Assembly (NCBI GenBank): GCA_048882505.1
Contig: JBHLRO010000030.1
Coordinates: 11,350-35,349 of the forward strand
Direction: 5' to 3'
Origin: Candidatus Thorarchaeota archaeon
Lineage (GTDB): Archaea > Asgardarchaeota > Heimdallarchaeia > Hodarchaeales > Hodarchaeaceae
DNA length: 24,000 bases
Shown here: piece after piece, positions 15,987-24,000 of the stretch
Layout: each line of letters opens with the position of its first letter
Position numbering within the stretch: the first letter of the stretch is position 1
Notes under the pieces: generated by a model
What the model was told of the DNA's origin: nothing
Seen by the model: the letters and a program-made list of their open reading frames with translations, nothing else
The model's database searches: none
Program-made: the position numbers and the translations under genes

Positions 15987-16247
15987 CTAGGTTTACCTGT
16001 CTTTTTAGTTTTTTGAACCTTTTTCTATTAAACCGCAAAATCCACAATGACGGGCTCCAAAAAGTCTCATGAGTTCTCGTCACATATCTTGAAAATGAGC
16101 GCCATTAAGTCATGTGAACCCTTACATACGAATTTTTCAGAGGCTCTCGACTATATACAAGACTCTTGGGAATATGAAGAATGAATATTACACCCTAAAA
16201 ATCGAAATATCTTCTAGTTGATAAAACTAGAGAAAAGAAGGAATAAT

Positions 16248-16255
16248 AAAAAAAA
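16248..16255 (-). terminator. Oligo-T (T8 on the minus strand) terminator candidate after the 589-aa secreted protein gene
   Basis: An A8 run on the + strand at 16248-16255 gives T8 on the coding (minus) strand, about 20 nt downstream of the stop codon at 16274-16276. Confidence 0.35.
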
Positions 16256-16273
16256 GGAGAGAAGAGGGGAGAT

Positions 16274-18031
16274 TTAACGTCTCTTTCTGTACAATGCGAC
16301 CAAGGGGGGAATTGCCAGGACTACTGAGAGCAGTTCAAATCCCGATATCGGACCCGTGGTTGTATCTCCCGGACCTGGTCCCGTAGTAGTTGTATCTCCT
16401 GCTGCGAGCGCAGCTACGGCAGAATAGGCAGGATCGTGTATGATTTCACCACCATACCACTCTGGGAACTCTGTAAAGGTGAAGTATAGCACAAAGTTGA
16501 AGTAGACGCCTTCGTCACCAGGCGGTAAAAGACCCGGCTCCAGTTGGACAGCAAACCACTTTGTGAACTGATAGGCTAGCGCAAATTCCAATTTAAAGTA
16601 GACTTTTGATACGTCAGGAATAGCCCAGGCCCAGTTGGTTGGATCGAAGAGGTGAATTTCTACATTTCGAGGCACCGCGGGATCAATATTCCACGGCGCG
16701 TTTTCAAGACCTTGTAGGAGATACGTATACTTGCCCGTGAATTCTGTGTAAAAGAATGTATTTCCACCTGAGTCCAAACTGATACGTCGTTGAGTAGGAT
16801 TGTCTGTTTCATCTGTATGTTCTGGATTAGATAAACCAATAGATGTGGTAGCGGTGGCTACTGTTAATCCAAATCCATTCTGCATATTCATCCGTCTCTT
16901 GGCATCATCGTTGAAATAGAAGGCCATGTTTGGAAAGAACACCGTTTTACTAGCTGGAATATTTTTACCCAAAACATCCACACTGACTAACGATGAAGGC
17001 ATTTGGAATGTGTAGTTTGGTTGGTCAGTAAATGGAGAATAATCCCAGGTTTCTGACATGTTAACCGTTTCTCCGGCGATAACCAAGAAATTTGTTTCCC
17101 CGATGTTATAATGTGTAGTGGTGGTTCCTAGCACATGAGCGTTAGCGCCGCTGTTTATTTGCGTTGTAAATTCATATTCAAAGCTTAAATAGTCCAAAAC
17201 ACTGGCAGCTACAATATTTTTTCCAAAAACAATTCCTCCTGGGTTATCAGCAACGAGATTTGCGTCTCCTAGGATGTCAATTCCGCCCAGTTCAACACTA
17301 ATTGGTTGCCATAGTACGAACAGATTGGTGTAGTTTATTCCAAACCTGTATCCGTTTTCTACTGTCTCGAAGAAGGGAAAATAGTCGAAATGATTGATTC
17401 GATAGGAATGTCCGTTGTCTGCGAATACATCATTGAAGCCATCGATCCCTTCTTGCAGGCCAAAAGTATAGCCCATGTAAATTTCATCCCCAGCGTCCAT
17501 TGTGGTGTCAGTCGAATTGGAGCTGTATGCTATGAGCGACATGAAGTTATTAGTCACGAAAACTTCTTCATTATCCCAAGGTACTGTCCAATGCTGGACT
17601 AATTGCTGGAATGGAGCAGTCGCATTAATATGGAAGATTGGGGTGCGCAAGGCGTCTTGGTACTGAGGGAACAAGGGAGAGTCCAAAACTGTCTTGATAT
17701 CATCATGGAATAGATCTAGCAACGTCAGGTTGTGTTCGTACTTCTCCAAGGCGGAAAAACCCGTTTCGATACCAGAATTATTCATATATGCGAAGAAGAA
17801 CTGTTTGTCTTCTGTTTCATCAGAATCTCCCGTTGCAGCACTTGCGTTATAGAGATCGCGAATTAAATCAGGATTGGCTGGATCCACGACTGCTACGTCT
17901 ACTTCTACGGCAAAGTAGTCTTCACTGAATGAGTGGCCCACAAAGGAAGATGCAGCACTGACGGGGGTGGAGATCATTACAAGGGCTAGCAGAAAGATCA
18001 CTGAAAAGCCCATAAGAAGCTTCTTTTTCAT
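16274..18031 (-). CDS. Secreted surface protein with Sec signal peptide and PGF-CTERM-like C-terminal anchor
   Basis: N-terminus MKKKLLMGFSVIFLLALVMISTPVSA/ASSF. AGGTGA lies 9 nt upstream of ATG 18031, whereas the ORF-track start 18043 is a GTG. The protein is acidic with multiple N-x-S/T sequons. The C-terminus has a Thr/Gly/Pro-rich linker GDTTTTGPGPGDTTTGPISGF, then the hydrophobic helix ELLSVVLAIPPLVAL, then YRKRR. Confidence 0.7.
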   Translation of the reverse strand: MKKKLLMGFSVIFLLALVMISTPVSAASSFVGHSFSEDYFAVEVDVAVVDPANPDLIRDLYNASAATGDSDETEDKQFFFAYMNNSGIETGFSALEKYEHNLTLLDLFHDDIKTVLDSPLFPQYQDALRTPIFHINATAPFQQLVQHWTVPWDNEEVFVTNNFMSLIAYSSNSTDTTMDAGDEIYMGYTFGLQEGIDGFNDVFADNGHSYRINHFDYFPFFETVENGYRFGINYTNLFVLWQPISVELGGIDILGDANLVADNPGGIVFGKNIVAASVLDYLSFEYEFTTQINSGANAHVLGTTTTHYNIGETNFLVIAGETVNMSETWDYSPFTDQPNYTFQMPSSLVSVDVLGKNIPASKTVFFPNMAFYFNDDAKRRMNMQNGFGLTVATATTSIGLSNPEHTDETDNPTQRRISLDSGGNTFFYTEFTGKYTYLLQGLENAPWNIDPAVPRNVEIHLFDPTNWAWAIPDVSKVYFKLEFALAYQFTKWFAVQLEPGLLPPGDEGVYFNFVLYFTFTEFPEWYGGEIIHDPAYSAVAALAAGDTTTTGPGPGDTTTGPISGFELLSVVLAIPPLVALYRKRR

Positions 18032-18171
18032 CTCATTAATCACCTAAGAATATCTTCGGGTAAGAGCTACCCAAGTCAGATTCTAACCTCTTCCACCTAC
18101 TTAGCATTATTAAAGATGTATGTAATTAAAATCCGCAATTTTGTTCCTAAGAAAGGGTTTGGCGAGTGTAT

Positions 18172-19803
18172 TTAGCCACGGCGCCATTTCTTACGCGTAA
18201 GAACCACCAAAGCTAGAACAACAGTTATGTTTGGCCATAATTGGAATGATGTGATCTGCCCATTGGATGATAGGTTCGAAGGCGGAGAGTCCTTGATTGC
18301 GTATTGAAGAGAACTAAACGCAAATGGAGTGCCTGCCCATGATGGTAATCTGAATTCACGGTTATACAGAGCATCTGTAAGATACAGATTAGATAGGTGA
18401 TAAAGTTCGTCACTCGTTAGAGAACTTACATTTGAGTTCTCAACAAATCGTTTAATACTATCTACAATCAAATGCCTAACCAAGGATGTCTCTTGGGAGA
18501 AGAGCTCGGCACCTGCAAAACCGATATGTTGGTTAAATGCAATAGTTTTCGTAACAGCGGGGACAAATGATTCTGAACCAACTTCGTTTTCTCTTTGAAC
18601 AACGTAGTCACGACCTGTAACGGGAGTTGACGTAAGGAGAATACCATCATGAATAATGTCGACCGCTTCTGTAATTGGGAAATCCGCTTCATTGAGTGCG
18701 GATACAGTCTTATTTTGGTCATCAATTTCTATTTGAATGTCCTCTAATGGGTTAATGTCGTTAAAAATACCAACATTGTGACCCGTAAGGAGGGAAAGCG
18801 AAATTTCGGGGAATAGATCCAATCGGGTCTGGATATCGGAGCCTTTATACCAGGAGATGGTTTCGTTGATTGTGAAGAGCTGATTGTAGGTCTTTTCAAT
18901 TTTACCTTGGGTAGAATTTGTCCAGATCGGTTCTGCAGGTAGTTCTTCATTTATTATCAAATTCGTCACTCTTCCAATTGAAACATCACTAATCGTTTCT
19001 ACACCCTCAATTTCATATGAAGTATATTTTCTGATGGTTAAGGAGAAAGTTATGTTTTCGAACTGAACCAACAGAAACTTATTAGCAATACCCACTACTG
19101 AAACTTGGCTAAAATCTATGTTCTCCGTTTGAAACAAATAGGTGATGTTTGAGTACGTCATATCTATTCGTACTCCCAATGGCAGTTCCTCCATTTCGAC
19201 CAAGAGCGTACTGGATGTATCAGTCGAAAAATTACCACCATAAAGAGATTCTAGGAATTCTAGAGGAACATTCCCGTATCCCAGTTGGTAGTGAGCCGGA
19301 TTAAATCCAGATCCATTAATCTTAAGGGCTATGCCTAGAAAATCCTGTGTGATGACAAAATCTTGCCCCGATGGGAGTTCGAAGTGGTGTAAATATTTGA
19401 CATAGGGGACAGTAGAAGTCACTTTTAATGAATCAATCAGAGGATGCGTTCGTTTAACCTTCTCCAAGGCTAGGACAGTAGATTGGATGCTTGGAGTTTG
19501 GTGGACGACCATAGAGACGATATTATCCTCATCAAGATCTGGATCGCTGGTATCATTGAAGGGCTGGTGGGTAAATAAGTTTTGCTTGAGGTAAATTGCC
19601 TCATCAATGGAGGTCTCTTGTACATTATTGAAGTCAAATTCTACCCCAAACAAACTTTGTCCATCGAAGAAAGGATTGAGCTGGGAGAAAACATAATTGT
19701 TACTTTCGGCTACTGCCGTGGTATTACCCGTCCAAATAAGTCCAAAAAAGAAAATGCCGGATAATCCCAGAATGAGAAGGAAGGTTTGAGAATGTTTGAT
19801 TAT
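18172..19803 (-). CDS. Secreted surface protein with C-terminal TM anchor; N-terminus probably lies upstream of the ORF-track TTG start
   Basis: The ORF-track start (TTG 19653) leaves no signal peptide. The same frame is open back to 19803 and encodes IIKHSQTFLLILGLSGIFFFGLIWTGNTTAVA/ESNNY, which has a signal n-region, h-region and AxA site. GGAGGT (19811-19816) lies 7 nt upstream of ATA 19803. No ATG/GTG/TTG exists in this extension. The C-terminus is ITSFQLWPNITVVLALVVLTRKKWRRG. Confidence 0.55.
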   Translation of the reverse strand: MIKHSQTFLLILGLSGIFFFGLIWTGNTTAVAESNNYVFSQLNPFFDGQSLFGVEFDFNNVQETSIDEAIYLKQNLFTHQPFNDTSDPDLDEDNIVSMVVHQTPSIQSTVLALEKVKRTHPLIDSLKVTSTVPYVKYLHHFELPSGQDFVITQDFLGIALKINGSGFNPAHYQLGYGNVPLEFLESLYGGNFSTDTSSTLLVEMEELPLGVRIDMTYSNITYLFQTENIDFSQVSVVGIANKFLLVQFENITFSLTIRKYTSYEIEGVETISDVSIGRVTNLIINEELPAEPIWTNSTQGKIEKTYNQLFTINETISWYKGSDIQTRLDLFPEISLSLLTGHNVGIFNDINPLEDIQIEIDDQNKTVSALNEADFPITEAVDIIHDGILLTSTPVTGRDYVVQRENEVGSESFVPAVTKTIAFNQHIGFAGAELFSQETSLVRHLIVDSIKRFVENSNVSSLTSDELYHLSNLYLTDALYNREFRLPSWAGTPFAFSSLQYAIKDSPPSNLSSNGQITSFQLWPNITVVLALVVLTRKKWRRG

Positions 19804-21318
19804 CTAGCTTACCTCCAAGTAATCCTTTAACCACGTCAGGTGCTTTGATCCAATTGTATATGAAGATCTCTTCTGGTCCTTTATAATAATTATGACCCCT
19901 AACTCCGATAATTTCTTTATGTGATGTTGTACGCTTGAATGGTGGGCATTGATCTCGTTAGAAAGCTGTGATAACGACATTGGCTTACGTTTATCCATTA
20001 ATGTGCGACACAGCTCTCTTGAAAGATTGCTTTTCAAGGCTAAGGCCAATTCCGAGGTTTGCGGTGATTTTTCTCCGAGAATGTAGAAGATATGATAACG
20101 TCCAACCTTCTCATGCGTGACGAAGTTAAAATCATCTAAGGCCTGGAGGTGCCATAGCAGTGATGAGATTCCGCATCCGATTTCTCTCTGAATCTCCCGT
20201 AAATGGGCTCCTTGTTCCCCTTTCTCCTCTAGATACTCCATTATTTGTGCCCTGAGTTCGTTATCGAGTAATTCATCTTCAGTCATCCTTCGACGTTGAG
20301 GTGAGTAGGTCACGTGTGCGATGAAGAAAAATGTACCCAAAAGCGCACCAACAATAACGTCACGACTCTTCGACATGAGTCCTGTTTGTACCAATAAAAC
20401 AAAGCCGATAATGGCTGCTCCACCAAGAACCGCCAGTCCGACAAGCTGTTCCAGTCCACCAAACTCTATTAGAGCGTTATTTCCATTGGAAGAGGGCCTC
20501 ACGGTCAAGAGCGCGGTCTGTTGCAATATTGAAACAATTTCTGGTTCAGTAACCCTCCCGTTTGAATTCAGGAGGAAAAAGTTGGATCCAATGGAACTCT
20601 CTTGAACTTCTAGAGCAAAACTCCCAATTACCACTCGCGGGCCGTCCATCCAAATTCCTGAATGAAAACCGTCAAATATTGATTCGAAGGGTTCAGGCTT
20701 GGGAATTTCCGCCAAGAGTCGAGTACGATTACTGAGCGCAACCCAAGCTGAGCTGCCAGGGAATTCAAGATTGGTTTGGGATGAATTGATGTTTAATAGA
20801 GACATTTGAGCTTCGTCAAGTTGAATATTTAGATTGTCATAAGAACCGTCAAGTGGATACACAACGGGTGCGGTGGCGGTAATTCCAAGCTGATTAAGGA
20901 TCTGAAGGGGCGTGGTATGTAAAAATCGATTTAGTATAAAGACTCCTCTTCCCGATTCTTTCCACAGCCTTATATTCACGGGCAATTTGATTGGCAAGGG
21001 CTGATCATTGATCCACCAGATTGCGCCGACGCTCTCATTTTGAAAGAGGAATGAGCTATTGGAAAAGAGGTGCTCAATATCATAATAGGTCGCTTGTCGC
21101 CCAGAATCGGCCACTAAGCTTTCACCCAATGATTTGTCCTTAAAAGACCCGTAAAATATCGCAATCTTTTCTAAATCAGAGAAGTTTTGCTCTGTCCTAG
21201 CAAATAGCCCCGTTCCAAGACTAGAAAAGAGAATTCCCCAAAAAACTAGAAAAAAGAAAACGATATGAATTATCGGGGCTCTTACTTCCAACTTCATGAT
21301 TTCGCTACCCATTTTCAA
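19804..21318 (-). CDS. Membrane-bound transcriptional regulator: N-terminal TM, about 250-aa non-cytoplasmic-looking domain, TM pair and tandem C-terminal winged-HTH domains
   Basis: Hydrophobic segments: IIHIVFFFLVFWGILFSSLGTGLFA, LVGLAVLGGAAIIGFVLLVQTGL and VIVGALLGTFFFIAHV. These are followed by LRAQIMEYLEEKGEQGAHLREIQREIGCGISSLLWHLQALDDFNFV and MSLSQLSNEINAHHSSVQHHIKKLSELGVI, which are ArsR/TrmB-like wHTH signatures. The start could instead be Met3 or Met8. Confidence 0.65.
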   Translation of the reverse strand: MKMGSEIMKLEVRAPIIHIVFFFLVFWGILFSSLGTGLFARTEQNFSDLEKIAIFYGSFKDKSLGESLVADSGRQATYYDIEHLFSNSSFLFQNESVGAIWWINDQPLPIKLPVNIRLWKESGRGVFILNRFLHTTPLQILNQLGITATAPVVYPLDGSYDNLNIQLDEAQMSLLNINSSQTNLEFPGSSAWVALSNRTRLLAEIPKPEPFESIFDGFHSGIWMDGPRVVIGSFALEVQESSIGSNFFLLNSNGRVTEPEIVSILQQTALLTVRPSSNGNNALIEFGGLEQLVGLAVLGGAAIIGFVLLVQTGLMSKSRDVIVGALLGTFFFIAHVTYSPQRRRMTEDELLDNELRAQIMEYLEEKGEQGAHLREIQREIGCGISSLLWHLQALDDFNFVTHEKVGRYHIFYILGEKSPQTSELALALKSNLSRELCRTLMDKRKPMSLSQLSNEINAHHSSVQHHIKKLSELGVIIIIKDQKRSSYTIGSKHLTWLKDYLEVS

Positions 21319-21388
21319 ATGCAGTTTACTTCGACATATTATTACCAGGCTAGAGCTAAAAAGCTTTCTTCAATTGGAGGTCAACTGG

Positions 21389-21898
21389 ATGTCTGATCCC
21401 TTATTTAACTACTATCTTGCTGTTCCATGGAAGGCCGATTATGTACGAAGTAAAAAAGATCCGAATCGATGTATTCTCTGTGAAATTTCCCAAAAAAGGA
21501 GTTCAGAAGATTCGTGGGAAGTTTTCCGTGATGACAAAGTAATTGTCTTGCTCAATAAATTTCCATATACCCCGGGTCATCTTTTAATCGCACCATTGGA
21601 ACATTTTGAAGAGTTTACCGACCTACCTCAAGTCTTGATAACTCGTCTAACGTTAATACTACAACGATCGGTCCTTCTTCTAAATCGTACTCACTCTCCC
21701 ATGGGATTCAATGTGGGACTTAATCTGGGTGATGCAGCCGGCGGGAGTATTAGACACATACATTGGCATGTTGTCCCACGCTACAGAGGTGATCTGAATT
21801 TTATGGATATCCTAAGGACAAGAACGTTGATCGAGACTCTAGATGAGACCCTCGCAAAATTACAAAAACACAGCCAGTTACTCGCGGGATCCCCCTAG
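21389..21898 (+). CDS. HIT-family nucleotide hydrolase/transferase (Ap4A phosphorylase / GalT-branch-like)
   Basis: Histidine triad IRHIHWHVVPRY. N-terminal CILCEI and LLNKFPYTPGHLLIAPLEH motifs. The start is moved to ATG 21389, preceded by GGAGGT (21376-21381). This also removes the overlap with the divergent regulator gene. Confidence 0.8.
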   Translation: MSDPLFNYYLAVPWKADYVRSKKDPNRCILCEISQKRSSEDSWEVFRDDKVIVLLNKFPYTPGHLLIAPLEHFEEFTDLPQVLITRLTLILQRSVLLLNRTHSPMGFNVGLNLGDAAGGSIRHIHWHVVPRYRGDLNFMDILRTRTLIETLDETLAKLQKHSQLLAGSP

Positions 21899-22212
21899 TT
21901 TATATTAAAAGAAGATGTTGGCTCCAAATCTCTTTGACAGTTTATCAACTATAATCTTATAACAGGGAGAAAAGACGGGGTACCTTGAAAGGCCAGTTAT
22001 GAATCGTTGGTTTATTGAAATAATTTAAATATTCAATTATTGAGGGCAAGATAGGGCTTTTCGGACTATTCATTTGAGGCCCCTTATATAGAACACCCAC
22101 CATCATCCTAGTGTAGAGCATTTTGAATATTTCCATCTGCTCCATTAGGTGTAAGGAAACCAAAATCCCTATATCACCTTTCACATAAGATTCTATGGAG
22201 GAATCGCTAGAA

Positions 22213-22650
22213 ATGAAACTGATTCGAAATATACCAAAAAAACGGCGGGCTGTAAGCCCGATTCTAGCCGCAATACTCTTGATTGGGCTTGCTATAACAG
22301 CCGGGGCGGTCCTTTTCGTCGTTGTTCTCCCGTTGATAACGGCTCCTGGAAGTGGAGTCGTTTTTGATTCGGGAACAACTGAGCTTACAGCTAATTCGGT
22401 TCACGTTGTGCTCAGAAACGAAGGATCCGAAATAGTAACAGTCACAGGCATTAGTGTAAAAAATGGTACAGATACGGCCGCTATTAATACCACATTCAAC
22501 TCCTTTTCAATCGGTGTAGGACAGGGGGCCATCAAAGACTACACTTTCGCAACGGGCCTTTCGTCCGGGCCTTACACCATAGAAGCGACATACTATATTG
22601 GAACAGATACGACAAACACAGGAACCGCAACTCTGAACACAAACATCTGA
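22213..22650 (+). CDS. Archaeal type IV pilin-like protein with class III signal peptide (DUF1628-like N-terminus)
   Basis: MKLIRNIPKKRRA/VSPILAAILLIGLAITAGAVLFVVV matches the archaeal prepilin motif (basic residues, A/G, then hydrophobic-SP-hydrophobic, then helix). GGAGGA (22197-22202) lies 10 nt upstream of ATG 22213. The C-terminal part is Thr/Gly-rich and beta-rich. Confidence 0.7.
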   Translation: MKLIRNIPKKRRAVSPILAAILLIGLAITAGAVLFVVVLPLITAPGSGVVFDSGTTELTANSVHVVLRNEGSEIVTVTGISVKNGTDTAAINTTFNSFSIGVGQGAIKDYTFATGLSSGPYTIEATYYIGTDTTNTGTATLNTNI

Positions 22651-22760
22651 ATAGGAAAATAAACCACCTCATGTTTCCTATTTTTATTTATTTCATTCCA
22701 GACTCTCACGATCATGTGAAGGAATATATTACAAGTTCAGTGTAATGTCCACATATGTCC

Positions 22761-23222
22761 CTATTTGAACTGTACATTGGCCGCCCGACTTCTCACATAC
22801 TTATTAAAGACCATTTTCCCATCAGTCAAAACGCTACTTAAATTCCTACCAAATTCGGACCAGTATTTGATAAGCGACTGTCGTTCTTGCCGAGTCTTGA
22901 CCATTTCAGGGGAGAGGAAAAACGAGATCTCAAAACCTTCTTCTGGAGTTTTCATTACCGTGAGGTGACGATCAGAATTGCGAGCCAGCTCGGTACGCAT
23001 TCGATCGAAAATAAACTGCTCAACAGGGTCGTTAATTGCGATTTTCAAGGAAACGACGGCAGAATTACCGTGTCGAATTACTTCCCCATTTTCAAAAGGG
23101 ATTACCTCTCGTGGTACCCCCTTACAACACTCATCATCTGGTTCCATAACGCAAATTGGCTCTCTTCCTCCGCTTTTACAATCTAGTGGCTCTAAAATCA
23201 AATCCGTCTCTGATAATGGCAA
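22761..23222 (-). CDS. Hypothetical protein (153 aa) with an N-terminal Cys cluster
   Basis: A long ORF with no convincing competitor on the other strand. It contains C-x8-C...CC (LDCKSGGREPICVMEPDDECC). No family is recognised by eye. Confidence 0.4.
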   Translation of the reverse strand: MPLSETDLILEPLDCKSGGREPICVMEPDDECCKGVPREVIPFENGEVIRHGNSAVVSLKIAINDPVEQFIFDRMRTELARNSDRHLTVMKTPEEGFEISFFLSPEMVKTRQERQSLIKYWSEFGRNLSSVLTDGKMVFNKYVRSRAANVQFK

Positions 23223-23374
23223 CTAATGCTCACCCAATATACTAGCAACTTGTAATTGGGGAATGGTCTCTCTCTATTTACAGCTTGCTAATGGACGGGA
23301 CAAGAAAAAGGGCCTCGCATTATTCGTAAAACGCCCATTGGATTGAAATATTGATAGAAATACGCCAACAAATA

Positions 23375-23803
23375 TCAAAAATCGCGCAGATTGAGCATTT
23401 TCTTACGGGTGGAGGTAATGAGATAGTGCATCAAACCGAGCTTCACGCTTGGTTCTGTTATTAGAACTAATATTGCACCTTCCACCTTAGAAAGTAATCC
23501 TAGACCTTGTGGTGTTTGAACATGGATGAAATCGATTTCTGTACCAAGATTAAGTTGGATGCAAGCACTAGAAAACGTACTAAATATTCCTGCAACCATA
23601 GCTGAAGCTAAGGTCTCCACTTCATCACTTATGGGTTTTGTTTTGGCACATAAGATGGGAAATCCTTCTTCACTTACTAAAAGAGCTTTTCTCACTCCTT
23701 GAACGGCCCCAAGTCCATCTAAGATACGTTGGACACGGGTCATTGATGAATTTTCATCCTCTGGTTTGCCGGCAAGTTGATCATAAAGCGCCAATATAAT
23801 CAC
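23375..23803 (-). CDS. Roadblock/LC7 (MglB-like) domain protein
   Basis: GVRKALLVSEEGFPILCAK...ETLASAMVAGIFS...IHVQTPQGLGLLSKVEGAILVLITEPSVKLGL follows the Robl/LC7 pattern. The ORF-track start is a GTG. Met21 (nt 23743) would give a more typical 122-aa protein. Confidence 0.65.
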   Translation of the reverse strand: MIILALYDQLAGKPEDENSSMTRVQRILDGLGAVQGVRKALLVSEEGFPILCAKTKPISDEVETLASAMVAGIFSTFSSACIQLNLGTEIDFIHVQTPQGLGLLSKVEGAILVLITEPSVKLGLMHYLITSTRKKMLNLRDF

Positions 23804-24000
23804 ACACTGAGCTAGGTAGGGTAATGGAATTGATTACCTCTCAGGTAGTATTCAACATATTGGTATATAAAAACCAAAATTCTTGGATTGCATTTGTCTC
23901 AGAATCATGGAACATCAACACACAAAAAACCGAGAAAAGACCGTCACTCGTGGTAAGTCAGAGAATAATTTATTATTCGGTCATCATATCGGGCTATTAA

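Noticed and set aside
19804-19806. Pyrrolysine or genome-wide TAG recoding as the explanation for the in-frame TAG between the regulator and the surface protein.
   Set aside because: TAG also terminates the HIT gene (21896-21898) at a sensible C-terminus. No pyl genes are in the window. TAA, TGA and TAG are all used as stops. Local reinitiation, a non-canonical start or a base error is more parsimonious.
21957-22184. 75-aa ORF on the minus strand between the HIT and pilin-like genes.
   Set aside because: No recognisable domain, no convincing SD, and it lies in AT-rich intergenic DNA that probably holds the pilin gene promoter. It cannot be excluded as a small protein, but it is unsupported.
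23907-24000. Partial + strand ORF MEHQHTKNREKTVTRGKSENNLLFGHHIGLL... running off the window end.
   Set aside because: Only 31 codons are visible and no motif is present. That is insufficient to call a gene.
1-24000. CRISPR arrays, transposases, integrases and terminal inverted repeats.
   Set aside because: No regularly spaced direct repeats were seen. No ORF carries a DDE, tyrosine or serine recombinase motif recognisable by eye.

Overview
The window reads as an archaeal chromosomal segment of about 42% GC, and the lineage is not resolvable from sequence alone. The archaeal assignment rests on several features: a tRNA-Val with no encoded CCA, a class III (prepilin-type) signal peptide, an MptE-type pterin kinase, PGF-CTERM-like sorting tails, Shine-Dalgarno-led starts and oligo-T terminators. 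I support about 20 protein genes.

Coding content:
- Housekeeping and repair genes: an AmmeMemoRadiSam radical SAM enzyme, a JAMM/MPN protease, a beta-CASP RNase, NfeD, a MutS-family ATPase with an HhH N-terminus, an SNM1/PSO2/Artemis-like nuclease, MptE, PTPS/QueD, TrxB and a HIT protein.
- An accessory-looking block at 10.6-21.3 kb: a HerA/DUF87 ATPase fused to a longin-like domain, convergent with an 859-aa polytopic membrane protein that carries the same domain. These are followed by two secreted, C-terminally anchored proteins and a transmembrane tandem-wHTH regulator.
- A pilin-like protein and a Roadblock/LC7 protein.

Most notable observation: the 550-bp gene-free gap at 7.5-8.05 kb holds a 5S rRNA-like gene whose halves are in circularly permuted order on the + strand.
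- The 3' part (GUUAAGCCGAG, then helices V/IV) comes first.
- The canonical 5'/3' termini are fused into a capped helix I.
- The 5' part (helix II, loop B, helix III, loop C) comes last.
- The transcript ends can form a bulge-helix-bulge-like processing stem. Symmetric cleavage and ligation of that stem would recreate exactly the conserved CCCGGAAGUUAAGCC junction.
- A further 30-nt hairpin insertion sits in loop C.

No CRISPR array, transposase or integrase was seen.
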